This document shows, piece after piece, positions 11,302-25,065 of a DNA stretch of 64,000 nucleotides. Origin of the DNA: Escherichia coli. GTDB taxonomy: Bacteria > Pseudomonadota > Gammaproteobacteria > Enterobacterales > Enterobacteriaceae. Position 1 is the first letter of the stretch; every line of letters starts with the position of its first letter. The DNA lies in assembly GCF_036507355.1 (NCBI RefSeq), contig NZ_AP027877.1. One strand, given 5' to 3'. The notes beneath the pieces are model-generated. The model was not told the origin of the DNA, did no database searches, and saw only the letters and a list, made by a program, of their open reading frames with translations. A program made the translations under genes and the position numbers.

Positions 11302-12339
11302 TCAAGACGCCTTCGCCAACTCTTTCACCAGAGGTAGCATTATCCGCATAACGTCACGGCAGCGACGTTCTATTCTTCCAGGAAGTGCCTTATCAATATG
11401 CTGTTGATTATCCAGTCTTACGTCATGCCAGCTATTTCCCGCAGGGAATGCGGCTGTTTTTGCGCGTTGCTGATAACCATCCTTATTCCCAAGATTCCAG
11501 TTAGTCGCTTCCACCGAAAGTACAGCAATGCCCGCTTTGTCGAATATTTCTGCGTCATTACAACACCCAGTGCCTTTCGGATAATTTTTATTCAAACCCG
11601 GATTGGTCGTTGCGGCAATTCCATGACTACGCGCAATTGCCAGCGCCCTGTCGCGCGTTAATTTCCTTACTGCTTCAGGTGTTTTTACGCCACTGTTGAA
11701 ATACAGCTTATCGCCAACGATCAGATTATCGAGATTAATCACCAATAAAGTATTTTTCTTTTCGGTATCACTCATGCGCTTGAGGAAATTCTCAGCGCCT
11801 AATTTCCCTTCTTCTTCGCCACTGGTTGCTACAAAACGAATGCCATATTCGGTTGGCGTATTTTTCAGGCGTTCTGCCAGCTCCAGCATGACACCTAAAC
11901 CTGCGGCATTATCATCCATTCCTTGTAACGTCAGCCCGCCGAGATTGGCATCTGCATCTGCGTCGCTCTGCGGGGCATAGGTATCCAGATGCGCCATAAT
12001 AATGATCTGCTGCGGCGCTTTGCCTTCATGAGCGGCAATCACCGTACTTCCCGTCACGTTGTGCCAGTTTTTGCGGTTATCGCGGGCGGTATAAATATAT
12101 CGGCTATTAAACGTACGAATATCACTGCGGTAACCCATTTGCTGAAACTGTTGCCGAATATAATCGGCAGATAACATTTCTGCAGGAGTTCCGGTCATGC
12201 GTCCCGGAAAGAAAGTGGCAATATGTCGCGCCTGTGTATTGGCAAAATCGCCAGGTTTAGGTGACGAGGCGTGTACGGGGAGAATAAAGCATACGCCGAG
12301 CGCCAGGGCAGCGGTACGGTGGCGCAATGCGGAAAACAT
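11302..12339 (-). CDS. iap: alkaline phosphatase isozyme conversion aminopeptidase
   Basis: 345-aa ORF with signal peptide and M28-type aminopeptidase region; adjacent to the CRISPR array as in E. coli. Confidence 0.9.
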   Translation of the reverse strand: MFSALRHRTAALALGVCFILPVHASSPKPGDFANTQARHIATFFPGRMTGTPAEMLSADYIRQQFQQMGYRSDIRTFNSRYIYTARDNRKNWHNVTGSTVIAAHEGKAPQQIIIMAHLDTYAPQSDADADANLGGLTLQGMDDNAAGLGVMLELAERLKNTPTEYGIRFVATSGEEEGKLGAENFLKRMSDTEKKNTLLVINLDNLIVGDKLYFNSGVKTPEAVRKLTRDRALAIARSHGIAATTNPGLNKNYPKGTGCCNDAEIFDKAGIAVLSVEATNWNLGNKDGYQQRAKTAAFPAGNSWHDVRLDNQQHIDKALPGRIERRCRDVMRIMLPLVKELAKAS

Positions 12340-12590
12340 AGTGAGTCCTTAAATACCATGCAAATTTTTTTACCGCCATAGTATGAAACTGCCGCTGCGC
12401 TAAAACAATTTCAAATCTTCCTAAACGCCCGAAATCCGGTGCCTTAAGCACTTTTTGATATTAGCTTTGCCAAATCGTTATTCCGTTAAGGAACTACTCA
12501 TTCTAATTGGTAATTTCATTCGTTCTCTTACGCTCCCTATAGTCGAAACATCTGATGGCAAGAAAATAGCGGTATTGCAAAGGAACGGTT

Positions 12591-13499
12591 ATGGATCAAA
12601 TACGACTTACTCACCTGCGGCAACTGGAGGCGGAAAGCATCCACATTATTCGCGAGGTGGCGGCAGAATTCTCAAATCCGGTGATGCTCTACTCTATCGG
12701 TAAAGATTCCAGCGTCATGCTGCATCTGGCGCGCAAGGCGTTTTATCCAGGTACGCTGCCTTTCCCGTTGCTGCATGTCGATACCGGCTGGAAATTCCGC
12801 GAGATGTATGAGTTCCGCGATCGTACGGCGAAAGCCTACGGCTGCGAGCTGCTGGTGCATAAAAACCCGGAAGGCGTGGCGATGGGGATTAATCCATTCG
12901 TGCACGGCAGCGCGAAACATACCGATATTATGAAGACCGAAGGCCTGAAGCAGGCGCTGAATAAATACGGTTTTGATGCCGCCTTCGGTGGTGCGCGCCG
13001 CGACGAAGAGAAATCCCGTGCTAAAGAGCGTATCTACTCTTTCCGTGATCGCTTCCATCGCTGGGACCCGAAAAATCAGCGCCCGGAGCTGTGGCACAAC
13101 TATAACGGGCAGATTAACAAAGGCGAAAGCATCCGCGTTTTCCCGCTCTCTAACTGGACCGAGCAGGATATCTGGCAATACATCTGGCTGGAAAATATCG
13201 ACATTGTTCCGTTGTATCTCGCTGCGGAACGTCCGGTTCTGGAACGCGACGGTATGTTGATGATGATTGATGACAACCGTATCGACCTGCAACCGGGCGA
13301 AGTGATTAAAAAACGGATGGTGCGTTTCCGTACGCTGGGCTGCTGGCCGCTGACCGGTGCGGTGGAGTCAAATGCACAAACGCTGCCGGAGATCATCGAA
13401 GAGATGCTGGTTTCCACCACCAGTGAACGTCAGGGGCGCGTGATTGACCGCGACCAGGCTGGTTCTATGGAGCTGAAAAAACGTCAGGGGTATTTTTAA
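12591..13499 (+). CDS. cysD: sulfate adenylyltransferase subunit 2
   Basis: 302-aa [30 protein letters not shown]; PAPS-reductase-like fold. Confidence 0.95.
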   Translation: MDQIRLTHLRQLEAESIHIIREVAAEFSNPVMLYSIGKDSSVMLHLARKAFYPGTLPFPLLHVDTGWKFREMYEFRDRTAKAYGCELLVHKNPEGVAMGINPFVHGSAKHTDIMKTEGLKQALNKYGFDAAFGGARRDEEKSRAKERIYSFRDRFHRWDPKNQRPELWHNYNGQINKGESIRVFPLSNWTEQDIWQYIWLENIDIVPLYLAAERPVLERDGMLMMIDDNRIDLQPGEVIKKRMVRFRTLGCWPLTGAVESNAQTLPEIIEEMLVSTTSERQGRVIDRDQAGSMELKKRQGYF

Positions 13500-13500
13500 G

Positions 13501-14928
13501 ATGAACACCGCACTTGCACAACAAATCGCCAATGAAGGCGGCGTCGAAGCCTGGATGATTGCGCAACAACATAAAAGCCTGCTGCGTTTTCTGACCTGTG
13601 GTAGCGTCGATGACGGCAAAAGTACCCTGATTGGTCGTCTGCTGCACGATACCCGCCAAATCTATGAAGATCAGCTCTCATCGCTGCATAACGACAGCAA
13701 ACGACACGGTACCCAGGGCGAGAAACTGGATTTGGCGTTGCTGGTGGATGGCCTGCAAGCTGAACGCGAACAGGGTATTACTATCGACGTGGCTTACCGT
13801 TATTTCTCTACCGAGAAGCGTAAATTTATTATCGCCGACACCCCCGGGCACGAGCAGTATACCCGCAATATGGCGACCGGCGCCTCAACGTGTGAGCTGG
13901 CGATCTTATTGATCGACGCCCGTAAAGGCGTGCTCGATCAAACCCGTCGTCACAGTTTTATCTCCACGCTGCTGGGGATCAAACATCTGGTCGTAGCGAT
14001 CAACAAAATGGATCTGGTGGATTACAGTGAAGAGACATTCACCCGCATTCGTGAAGACTACCTGACTTTCGCCGAACAGTTACCTGGCAATCTGGATATT
14101 CGCTTTGTGCCGCTCTCTGCGCTGGAAGGCGACAACGTGGCTTCGCAAAGTGAAAGTATGCCGTGGTACAGCGGTCCGACACTGCTCGAAGTGCTGGAAA
14201 CCGTGGAGATCCAGCGAGTGGTGGATGTCCAGCCAATGCGCTTCCCGGTGCAGTACGTTAACCGCCCAAATCTCGATTTTCGTGGCTACGCCGGAACGCT
14301 GGCATCCGGTCGCGTGGAAGTCGGGCAACGTGTAAAAGTGCTGCCCTCTGGTGTGGAATCAAACGTCGCGCGGATCGTGACTTTTGATGGCGATCGCGAA
14401 GAAGCCTTTGCCGGAGAAGCGATCACCTTGGTGCTGACGGATGAGATCGATATCAGCCGTGGTGATCTGCTGCTGGCGGCAGACGAAGCGTTACCAGCTG
14501 TGCAGAGCGCGTCGGTGGATGTGGTATGGATGGCGGAACAGCCGCTTTCCCCGGGCCAGAGTTATGACATCAAAATTGCCGGTAAGAAGACGCGTGCTCG
14601 TGTTGATGGCATTCGTTATCAGGTTGATATTAATAACCTTACCCAACGCGAAGTTGAAAACCTGCCGCTGAACGGCATCGGCTTGGTGGATCTCACTTTT
14701 GACGAGCCACTGGTGTTAGATCGTTATCAGCAAAACCCGGTTACCGGTGGGCTGATTTTTATCGATCGCCTGAGCAATGTGACCGTAGGTGCCGGTATGG
14801 TGCATGAGCCAGTTAGCCAGGCAACTGCTGCGCCATCTGAATTTAGTGCATTCGAACTGGAATTGAATGCCCTGGTTCGCCGCCACTTTCCACACTGGGG
14901 CGCGCGCGATTTGCTGGGGGATAAATAA
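13501..14928 (+). CDS. cysN: sulfate adenylyltransferase subunit 1 (GTPase)
   Basis: 475-aa ORF with GTP-binding motifs GSVDDGKST and DTPGHEQY. Confidence 0.95.
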
Positions 14929-15533
14929 TGGCGCTGCATGACGAAAACGTCGTCTGGCATAGCCATCCGGTCACTGTGCAACAACGCGAGCTACACCACG
15001 GTCATCGTGGTGTAGTGCTGTGGTTTACCGGCCTCTCCGGGTCCGGTAAATCAACGGTCGCCGGGGCGCTGGAGGAGGCGTTACATAAACTCGGCGTCAG
15101 TACGTATCTGCTGGATGGCGATAATGTTCGCCACGGATTATGCAGCGATCTCGGTTTTAGCGATGCCGATCGTAAAGAGAATATCCGTCGCGTCGGTGAA
15201 GTGGCGAATTTGATGGTTGAAGCCGGACTGGTGGTGCTGACCGCATTTATCTCGCCACACCGCGCCGAACGCCAGATGGTTCGCGAACGCGTAGGAGAAG
15301 GGCGCTTTATCGAAGTGTTTGTCGATACGCCGCTGGCGATTTGCGAAGCCCGCGATCCAAAAGGCTTATATAAGAAAGCGCGTGCCGGTGAACTGCGCAA
15401 CTTTACGGGAATAGATTCCGTTTACGAAGCGCCTGAATCGGCAGAAATTCATCTCAATGGTGAACAATTAGTAACAAATTTGGTACAGCAATTATTAGAT
15501 CTGTTGAGACAGAACGATATTATCAGATCCTGA
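14928..15533 (+). CDS. cysC: adenylylsulfate (APS) kinase
   Basis: 201-aa ORF with P-loop GLSGSGKST; start overlaps cysN stop. Confidence 0.95.
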
Positions 15534-15582
15534 GACACCACCGGGTTTCCATGCCCGGTTCGTCAAAGTAACAGGATCAAAT

Positions 15583-15906
15583 ATGCGTAATAGCCATAAC
15601 ATTACACTAACAAATAACGACAGCCTTACTGAGGATGAAGAAACCACATGGTCACTGCCTGGTGCCGTGGTCGGTTTTATCTCCTGGTTATTTGCGCTGG
15701 CGATGCCGATGTTGATTTATGGCTCTAACACGCTGTTCTTCTTTATCTACACCTGGCCTTTCTTTCTTGCGCTGATGCCCGTCGCGGTAGTGGTGGGGAT
15801 TGCGCTGCATTCATTGATGGACGGAAAGCTACGCTACAGTATTGTTTTCACCCTGATGACAGTAGGCATTATGTTTGGCGCACTGTTTATGTGGCTACTG
15901 GGCTAA
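15583..15906 (+). CDS. ygbE: small inner-membrane protein YgbE (DUF3561)
   Basis: 107-aa hydrophobic ORF in conserved position between cysC and ftsB. Confidence 0.8.
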   Translation: MRNSHNITLTNNDSLTEDEETTWSLPGAVVGFISWLFALAMPMLIYGSNTLFFFIYTWPFFLALMPVAVVVGIALHSLMDGKLRYSIVFTLMTVGIMFGALFMWLLG

Positions 15907-16099
15907 TTTGTACTTTCCCGTCTCCTCTGTTCATAATTCAAACCGTAACTAATAATGAGATTATGTTCTGCACGCCCTGGGTATACGTAACAATGGACAA
16001 ATGTGGTACATTTGCCCGCGTTGTCGCGGTATCCCCAACAGAGGATGTAGAGTCGTCTTCGGATGCATGGGATGATGATGCCGTTTTTCAGGGGGCAGG

Positions 16100-16411
16100 A
16101 TGGGTAAACTAACGCTGCTGTTGCTGGCTATTCTGGTCTGGCTACAGTATTCGCTGTGGTTCGGTAAGAACGGTATACATGACTATACCCGCGTCAATGA
16201 TGATGTGGCGGCACAGCAAGCTACAAACGCGAAACTTAAAGCGCGAAACGATCAACTTTTTGCCGAAATTGACGATCTCAATGGCGGCCAGGAGGCGCTC
16301 GAAGAGCGTGCGCGTAATGAACTCAGCATGACCAGGCCGGGCGAAACGTTTTATCGTCTGGTGCCTGACGCGTCGAAGCGCGCACAGTCTGCGGGGCAAA
16401 ACAATCGATAA
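16100..16411 (+). CDS. ftsB: cell division protein FtsB
   Basis: 103-aa [28 protein letters not shown], coiled-coil divisome protein. Confidence 0.92.
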
Positions 16412-16429
16412 ATCAGCCCGGGAATTAAC

Positions 16430-17140
16430 ATGGCAACCACTCATTTGGATGTTTGCGCCGTGGTTCCGGCGGCCGGATTTGGCCGTCGAATGCAAACGGA
16501 ATGTCCTAAGCAATATCTCTCAATCGGTAATCAAACCATTCTTGAACACTCGGTGCATGCGCTGCTGGCGCATCCCCGGGTGAAACGTGTCGTCATTGCC
16601 ATAAGTCCTGGCGATAGCCGTTTTGCACAACTTCCTCTGGCGAATCATCCGCAAATCACCGTTGTAGATGGCGGTGATGAGCGTGCCGATTCCGTGCTGG
16701 CAGGTTTGAAAGCCGCTGGCGACGCGCAGTGGGTATTGGTGCATGACGCCGCTCGTCCTTGTCTGCATCAGGATGACCTCGCGCGATTGTTGGCGTTGAG
16801 CGAAACCAGCCGCACGGGAGGGATCCTAGCCGCACCAGTGCGCGATACTATGAAACGTGCCGAACCGGGCAAAAATGCCATTGCTCATACCGTTGATCGC
16901 AACGGCTTATGGCACGCGCTGACGCCGCAATTTTTCCCTCGTGAGCTGTTACATGACTGTCTGACGCGCGCTCTAAATGAAGGCGCGACTATTACCGACG
17001 AAGCCTCGGCGCTGGAATATTGCGGATTCCATCCTCAGTTGGTCGAAGGCCGTGCGGATAACATTAAAGTCACGCGCCCGGAGGATTTGGCACTGGCCGA
17101 GTTTTACCTCACCCGAACCATCCATCAGGAGAATACATAA
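16430..17140 (+). CDS. ispD: 2-C-methyl-D-erythritol 4-phosphate cytidylyltransferase
   Basis: 236-aa ORF; conserved ftsB-ispD-ispF order. Confidence 0.93.
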
Positions 17141-17619
17141 TGCGAATTGGACACGGTTTTGACGTACACGCCTTTGGCGGTGAAGGCCCAATTATCATTG
17201 GTGGCGTACGCATTCCTTACGAAAAAGGATTGCTGGCGCATTCTGATGGCGACGTGGCGCTCCATGCGTTGACCGATGCATTGCTTGGCGCGGCGGCGCT
17301 GGGGGATATCGGCAAGCTGTTCCCGGATACCGATCCGGCATTTAAAGGTGCCGATAGCCGCGAGCTGCTACGCGAAGCCTGGCGTCGTATTCAGGCGAAG
17401 GGTTATACCCTTGGCAACGTCGATGTCACTATCATCGCTCAGGCACCGAAGATGTTGCCGCACATTCCACAAATGCGCGTGTTTATTGCCGAAGATCTCG
17501 GCTGCCATATGGATGATGTTAACGTGAAAGCCACTACTACGGAAAAACTTGGATTTACCGGACGTGGGGAAGGGATTGCCTGTGAAGCGGTGGCGCTACT
17601 CATTAAGGCAACAAAATGA
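17140..17619 (+). CDS. ispF: 2-C-methyl-D-erythritol 2,4-cyclodiphosphate synthase
   Basis: 159-aa [42 protein letters not shown]. Confidence 0.95.
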
Positions 17620-18645
17620 TTGAGTTTGATAATCTCACTTACCTCCACGGTAAACCGCAAGGCACCGGGCTGCTGAAAGCCAATCCGGAAGACTTTGTGG
17701 TGGTGGAAGATTTGGGCTTTGAGCCTGATGGTGAAGGTGAGCATATTCTGGTTAGAATCCTCAAAAACGGCTGCAATACCCGTTTTGTGGCGGATGCACT
17801 GGCGAAATTCCTGAAAATTCATGCCCGTGAAGTCAGCTTTGCTGGGCAAAAAGACAAACATGCTGTTACAGAACAGTGGTTATGCGCTCGCGTGCCGGGC
17901 AAGGAAATGCCCGATCTGAGCGCCTTTCAACTGGAAGGCTGCCAGGTGCTGGAGTATGCGCGGCACAAGCGCAAGCTGCGTTTAGGGGCGCTGAAAGGTA
18001 ACGCCTTTACCCTGGTTCTGCGCGAAGTGAGCAATCGCGATGACGTTGAACAACGTCTGATCGATATTTGCGTAAAAGGTGTACCGAACTACTTCGGTGC
18101 CCAACGTTTTGGGATTGGCGGTAGCAACTTGCAGGGCGCGCTGCGCTGGGCGCAAACCAATACTCCGGTGCGCGATCGCAATAAACGGAGTTTTTGGTTG
18201 TCGGCAGCCCGCAGTGCGTTGTTTAATCAGATTGTTGCTGAGCGCCTCAAAAAAGCAGACGTTAATCAAGTTGTTGACGGCGATGCGCTACAATTAGCCG
18301 GACGTGGTAGCTGGTTTGTCGCAACCACCGAAGAACTGGCGGAATTACAGCGTCGCGTCAACGATAAAGAGCTGATGATAACCGCCGCATTGCCGGGCAG
18401 TGGCGAATGGGGAACTCAGCGTGAAGCGCTGGCATTCGAACAAGCAGCTGTCGCCGCAGAAACTGAATTACAAGCTTTACTGGTGCGCGAAAAAGTTGAA
18501 GCCGCGCGCAGAGCGATGCTGCTGTATCCGCAACAATTAAGCTGGAACTGGTGGGATGACGTCACCGTAGAGATCCGTTTCTGGCTTCCGGCGGGTAGTT
18601 TTGCAACCAGCGTTGTCAGGGAACTTATCAACACAACAGGTGATT

Positions 18646-18665
<20 letters not shown>
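17616..18665 (+). CDS. truD: tRNA pseudouridine(13) synthase
   Basis: 349-aa ORF overlapping ispF stop; conserved position. Confidence 0.92.
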
Positions 18666-20027
<1,362 letters not shown>

Positions 20028-20166
20028 AACGTGAGGAAATACCTGGATTTTTCCTGGTTATTTTGCCGCAGGTCAGCGTATCGTGAACATCTTTTCCAGT
20101 GTTCAGTATGGTGCCCTGCACGGTAATTATGTCACTGGTTATTAACCAATTTTTCCTGGGGGATAA

Positions 20167-21306
20167 ATGAGCGCGGGAAGCCCAAAATTCACCGTTCGCC
20201 GCATTGCGGCTTTGTCACTGGTTTCGCTATGGCTGGCAGGCTGTTCTGACACTTCAAATCCACCGGCACCGGTCAGTTCCGTCAATGGCAATGCGCCTGC
20301 AAATACCAATTCTGGTATGTTGATTACGCCGCCGCCGAAAATGGGGACGACGTCTACAGCGCAGCAACCGCAAATTCAGCCGGTACAGCAGCCACAAATT
20401 CAGGCTACTCAACAACCGCAAATCCAGCCAGTGCAGCCAGTAGCTCAGCAGCCGGTACAGATGGAAAACGGACGCATCGTCTATAACCGTCAGTATGGGA
20501 ACATTCCGAAAGGCAGTTATAGCGGCAGTACATACACCGTGAAAAAAGGCGACACACTTTTCTATATCGCCTGGATTACTGGCAACGATTTCCGTGACCT
20601 TGCTCAGCGCAACAATATTCAGGCACCATACGCGCTGAACGTTGGTCAGACCTTACAGGTGGGGAATGCTTCCGGTACGCCAATCACTGGCGGAAATGCC
20701 ATTACCCAGGCCGACGCAGCAGAGCAAGGAGTTGTGATCAAGCCTGCACAAAATTCCACCGTTGCTGTTGCGTCGCAACCGACAATTACGTATTCTGAGT
20801 CTTCGGGTGAACAGAGTGCTAACAAAATGTTGCCGAACAACAAGCCAACTGCGACCACGGTCACAGCGCCTGTAACGGTACCAACAGCAAGCACAACCGA
20901 GCCGACTGTCAGCAGTACATCAACCAGTACGCCTATCTCCACCTGGCGCTGGCCGACTGAGGGCAAAGTGATCGAAACCTTTGGCGCTTCTGAGGGGGGC
21001 AACAAGGGGATTGATATCGCAGGCAGCAAAGGACAGGCAATTATCGCGACCGCAGATGGCCGCGTTGTTTATGCTGGTAACGCGCTGCGCGGCTACGGTA
21101 ATCTGATTATCATCAAACATAATGATGATTACCTGAGTGCCTACGCCCATAACGACACAATGCTGGTCCGGGAACAACAAGAAGTGAAGGCGGGGCAAAA
21201 AATAGCAACCATGGGTAGCACCGGAACCAGTTCAACACGCTTGCATTTTGAAATTCGTTACAAGGGGAAATCCGTAAACCCGCTGCGTTATTTGCCGCAG
21301 CGATAA
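20167..21306 (+). CDS. nlpD: murein hydrolase activator lipoprotein NlpD (LysM + degenerate M23 domain)
   Basis: 379-aa ORF with lipoprotein signal (LAGCSD), Q/P-rich repeats, LysM and M23-like C-terminus; the rpoS promoter is expected inside this gene. Confidence 0.93.
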   Translation: MSAGSPKFTVRRIAALSLVSLWLAGCSDTSNPPAPVSSVNGNAPANTNSGMLITPPPKMGTTSTAQQPQIQPVQQPQIQATQQPQIQPVQPVAQQPVQMENGRIVYNRQYGNIPKGSYSGSTYTVKKGDTLFYIAWITGNDFRDLAQRNNIQAPYALNVGQTLQVGNASGTPITGGNAITQADAAEQGVVIKPAQNSTVAVASQPTITYSESSGEQSANKMLPNNKPTATTVTAPVTVPTASTTEPTVSSTSTSTPISTWRWPTEGKVIETFGASEGGNKGIDIAGSKGQAIIATADGRVVYAGNALRGYGNLIIIKHNDDYLSAYAHNDTMLVREQQEVKAGQKIATMGSTGTSSTRLHFEIRYKGKSVNPLRYLPQR

Positions 21307-21368
21307 ATCGGCGGAACCAGGCTTTTGCTTGAATGTTCCGTCAAGGGATCACGGGTAGGAGCCACCTT

Positions 21369-22361
21369 ATGAGTCAGAATACGCTGAAAGTTCATGATTT
21401 AAATGAAGATGCGGAATTTGATGAGAACGGAGTTGAGGTTTTTGACGAAAAGGCCTTAGTAGAAGAGGAACCCAGTGATAACGATTTGGCCGAAGAGGAA
21501 CTGTTATCGCAGGGAGCCACACAGCGTGTGTTGGACGCGACTCAGCTTTACCTTGGTGAGATTGGTTATTCACCACTGTTAACGGCCGAAGAAGAAGTTT
21601 ATTTTGCGCGTCGCGCACTGCGTGGAGATGTCGCCTCTCGCCGCCGGATGATCGAGAGTAACTTGCGTCTGGTGGTAAAAATTGCCCGCCGTTATGGCAA
21701 TCGTGGTCTGGCGTTGCTGGACCTTATCGAAGAGGGCAACCTGGGGCTGATCCGCGCGGTAGAGAAGTTTGACCCGGAACGTGGTTTCCGCTTCTCAACA
21801 TACGCAACCTGGTGGATTCGCCAGACGATTGAACGGGCGATTATGAACCAAACCCGTACTATTCGTTTGCCGATTCACATCGTAAAGGAGCTGAACGTTT
21901 ACCTGCGAACCGCACGTGAGTTGTCCCATAAGCTGGACCATGAACCAAGTGCGGAAGAGATCGCAGAGCAACTGGATAAGCCAGTTGATGACGTCAGCCG
22001 TATGCTTCGTCTTAACGAGCGCATTACCTCGGTAGACACCCCGCTGGGTGGTGATTCCGAAAAAGCGTTGCTGGACATCCTGGCCGATGAAAAAGAGAAC
22101 GGTCCGGAAGATACCACGCAAGATGACGATATGAAGCAGAGCATCGTCAAATGGCTGTTCGAGCTGAACGCCAAACAGCGTGAAGTACTGGCACGTCGAT
22201 TCGGTTTGCTGGGGTACGAAGCGGCAACACTGGAAGATGTAGGTCGTGAAATTGGCCTCACCCGTGAACGTGTTCGCCAGATTCAGGTTGAAGGCCTGCG
22301 CCGTTTGCGCGAAATCCTGCAAACGCAGGGGCTGAATATCGAAGCGCTGTTCCGCGAATAA
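21369..22361 (+). CDS. rpoS: RNA polymerase sigma factor RpoS (sigma-38)
   Basis: ORF 21333..22361; start at internal [17 protein letters not shown] (330 aa); intact, no premature stop; residue 33 is Glu. Confidence 0.95.
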   Translation: MSQNTLKVHDLNEDAEFDENGVEVFDEKALVEEEPSDNDLAEEELLSQGATQRVLDATQLYLGEIGYSPLLTAEEEVYFARRALRGDVASRRRMIESNLRLVVKIARRYGNRGLALLDLIEEGNLGLIRAVEKFDPERGFRFSTYATWWIRQTIERAIMNQTRTIRLPIHIVKELNVYLRTARELSHKLDHEPSAEEIAEQLDKPVDDVSRMLRLNERITSVDTPLGGDSEKALLDILADEKENGPEDTTQDDDMKQSIVKWLFELNAKQREVLARRFGLLGYEAATLEDVGREIGLTRERVRQIQVEGLRRLREILQTQGLNIEALFRE

Positions 22362-22377
22362 GTAAGCATCTGTCAGA

Positions 22378-22414
22378 AAGGCCAGTCTCAAGCGAGGCTG
22401 GCCTTTTTCTTTTG
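22378..22414 (+). terminator. rho-independent terminator of rpoS
   Basis: Hairpin ggccagtctcaagcgaggctggcc followed by tttttctttt. Confidence 0.8.
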
Positions 22415-22480
22415 TTTGGGAAGCTTGTGTTTTTGTCGCCTGGATAAGACACGTCAGCGTCCTACCCGGCAATTTGCATC

Positions 22481-22888
22481 CTATGTGTTCATCATCTTGC
22501 GCACCAGCTGCACAAACAGCTCCTGCTCTTCTGCACTCAAACGCCCCAAAAATTCCTCATCCACGCTGTCACCAATCGGTATCGCCGCAGCAAGTATCTT
22601 TTCTCCTTCGGCAGTCAGCCAGACAAAGCGACGCCGCTTGTCAGCGGCATCATGTTCACGTCTGACTAAGCCACGATTCTCCATTCTTGCCAACATTTCT
22701 GCCAACGTTGCTTTGGTGCTGACTGCTGCTTCTATCAGTGCCACCTGTTCGATACCAGGCTTATCAGCAATGGCGCGCATCACCGCATACTGTGGTTTGG
22801 TCAGGTCAGGTAACTCGTGCTGCCAGCGAGCCGTGTGCTGCTGAAAAAGCTGTCGTAACTGATGGAACGCTTTATTTCGTAACGCCAT
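22481..22888 (-). CDS. hosA: MarR/SlyA-family transcriptional regulator (HosA-like)
   Basis: 135-aa ORF with winged-helix region; divergent from the adjacent decarboxylase genes. Confidence 0.75.
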   Translation of the reverse strand: MALRNKAFHQLRQLFQQHTARWQHELPDLTKPQYAVMRAIADKPGIEQVALIEAAVSTKATLAEMLARMENRGLVRREHDAADKRRRFVWLTAEGEKILAAAIPIGDSVDEEFLGRLSAEEQELFVQLVRKMMNT

Positions 22889-23034
22889 GTAAACTCCGGG
22901 CTAATTCTCTGTCGCTATCATAGCGGTTTTTTAGTGACGAAGAAGATGTTGTTACTTTTCAATCCTTGCCGCTGTGGAAATGAAGGAGTATGTTAATAAT
23001 AACGTTCGTATACGAACAATTAAGAGAATAAGCA

Positions 23035-23628
23035 ATGAAACTGATCGTCGGGATGACAGGGGCTACCGGTGCGCCTCTTGGTGTGGCATTACTGCAAGCG
23101 CTGCGGGAGATGCCGAATGTCGAGACTCATCTGGTGATGTCGAAGTGGGCGAAAACCACCATTGAACTGGAAACGCCTTACAGCGCCCGCGATGTTGCTG
23201 CCCTCGCTGACTTCAGCCATAACCCGGCGGATCAGGCGGCGACCATCTCCTCAGGTTCCTTTCGTACCGACGGCATGATCGTTATTCCGTGCAGTATGAA
23301 AACGCTCGCCGGTATCCGCGCTGGTTACGCCGATGGCCTGGTAGGGCGCGCGGCGGACGTCGTGCTCAAAGAAGGCCGCAAACTGGTGCTGGTGCCGCGT
23401 GAAATGCCGCTTAGCACCATCCATCTCGAAAATATGCTCGCACTTTCACGCATGGGCGTGGCGATGGTGCCGCCGATGCCTGCCTTTTATAACCATCCCG
23501 AAACGGTAGATGACATTGTCCACCATGTAGTAGCCCGCGTGCTGGATCAATTTGGCCTCGAACATCCCCACGCCAGGCGCTGGCAAGGATTGCCGCAGGC
23601 CCGGAATTTTTCTCAGGAGAATGAATAA
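23035..23628 (+). CDS. ecdB: UbiX/Pad1-family flavin prenyltransferase (decarboxylase accessory subunit B)
   Basis: 197-aa ORF MKLIVGMTGATGAPLGVALLQALREMPNVETHLVMSKWA, typical UbiX N-terminus. Confidence 0.8.
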   Translation: MKLIVGMTGATGAPLGVALLQALREMPNVETHLVMSKWAKTTIELETPYSARDVAALADFSHNPADQAATISSGSFRTDGMIVIPCSMKTLAGIRAGYADGLVGRAADVVLKEGRKLVLVPREMPLSTIHLENMLALSRMGVAMVPPMPAFYNHPETVDDIVHHVVARVLDQFGLEHPHARRWQGLPQARNFSQENE

Positions 23629-25055
23629 TGGCATTTGATGATTTACGCAGCTTTTTACAGGCGCTTGATGACCACGGCCAGTTACTGAAAATCAGCGAAG
23701 AGGTGAACGCGGAACCGGATCTGGCAGCAGCAGCTAACGCCACCGGGCGTATCGGTGACGGCGCGCCCGCGCTGTGGTTTGATAATATTCGCGGCTTTAC
23801 CGATGCCCGCGTGGCAATGAACACCATCGGTTCCTGGCAGAACCACGCGATTTCCCTCGGCCTGTCGCCAAACACCCCGGTCAAAAAGCAGATTGATGAG
23901 TTTATCCGCCGCTGGGATAACTTCCCGATTGCCCCGGAGCGCCGCGCCAATCCAGCCTGGGCGCAGAACACCGTCGATGGCGACGAGATCAACCTGTTCG
24001 ATATCCTGCCGCTGTTTCGTTTAAACGATGGCGATGGCGGTTTCTATCTCGACAAAGCGTGCGTGGTTTCCCGCGATCCGCTCGACCCGGATAACTTCGG
24101 CAAGCAGAACGTCGGCATCTACCGCATGGAAGTGAAGGGCAAGCGTAAGCTCGGCCTGCAACCGGTGCCGATGCACGATATCGCCCTGCATCTGCATAAA
24201 GCGGAAGAGCGCGGTGAAGATCTGCCGATTGCGATCACGCTCGGTAACGATCCGATCATCACGCTGATGGGGGCCACGCCGCTGAAATACGAACAGTCTG
24301 AGTATGAAATGGCAGGTGCGCTGCGTGAAAGCCCGTACCCGATCGCCACCGCCCCGCTGACCGGTTTTGATGTGCCGTGGGGTTCAGAAGTGATCCTCGA
24401 AGGGGTCATCGAAAGCCGTAAACGCGAAATCGAAGGGCCGTTCGGTGAGTTTACCGGACACTACTCCGGCGGGCGTAACATGACCGTGGTGCGCATCGAT
24501 AAAGTCTCTTACCGCACCAGGCCGATTTTCGAATCGCTGTACCTCGGCATGCCGTGGACCGAAATCGACTACCTGATGGGGCCAGCCACCTGTGTGCCGC
24601 TGTATCAGCAACTTAAAGCCGAGTTCCCGGAAGTACAGGCGGTGAACGCCATGTACAACCACGGCCTGCTGGCGATTATCTCCACCAAAAAACGCTACGG
24701 CGGCTTTGCCCGCGCGGTGGGCCTGCGTGCGATGACCACGCCGCACGGTCTGGGCTACGTAAAGATGGTGATTATGGTCGATGAAGACGTTGACCCGTTC
24801 AACCTGCCGCAGGTGATGTGGGCGCTCTCCTCGAAAGTAAATCCGGCAGGGGATTTGGTGCAGTTGCCGAATATGTCCGTGCTGGAACTCGACCCTGGCT
24901 CAAGCCCGGCGGGGATCACCGACAAGCTGATTATCGACGCCACCACGCCTGTCGCCCCGGACAACCGTGGTCACTACAGCCAGCCGGTGGTGGATTTGCC
25001 GGAAACCAAAGCCTGGGCTGAAAAACTGACCGCTATGCTGGCCGCACGTAAATAA
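23628..25055 (+). CDS. ecdC: UbiD-family non-oxidative aromatic acid decarboxylase (subunit C)
   Basis: 475-aa ORF overlapping ecdB stop; UbiD-like N-terminus MAFDDLRSFLQALDDHGQLLKISEEV. Confidence 0.8.
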   Translation: MAFDDLRSFLQALDDHGQLLKISEEVNAEPDLAAAANATGRIGDGAPALWFDNIRGFTDARVAMNTIGSWQNHAISLGLSPNTPVKKQIDEFIRRWDNFPIAPERRANPAWAQNTVDGDEINLFDILPLFRLNDGDGGFYLDKACVVSRDPLDPDNFGKQNVGIYRMEVKGKRKLGLQPVPMHDIALHLHKAEERGEDLPIAITLGNDPIITLMGATPLKYEQSEYEMAGALRESPYPIATAPLTGFDVPWGSEVILEGVIESRKREIEGPFGEFTGHYSGGRNMTVVRIDKVSYRTRPIFESLYLGMPWTEIDYLMGPATCVPLYQQLKAEFPEVQAVNAMYNHGLLAIISTKKRYGGFARAVGLRAMTTPHGLGYVKMVIMVDEDVDPFNLPQVMWALSSKVNPAGDLVQLPNMSVLELDPGSSPAGITDKLIIDATTPVAPDNRGHYSQPVVDLPETKAWAEKLTAMLAARK

Positions 25056-25065
25056 GGAGAACAAG

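Noticed and set aside
15891-16112. 73-aa ORF between ygbE and ftsB
   Set aside because: It spans the intergenic region and runs into the ftsB start with no ribosome-binding site or recognisable family features; most likely non-coding promoter sequence.
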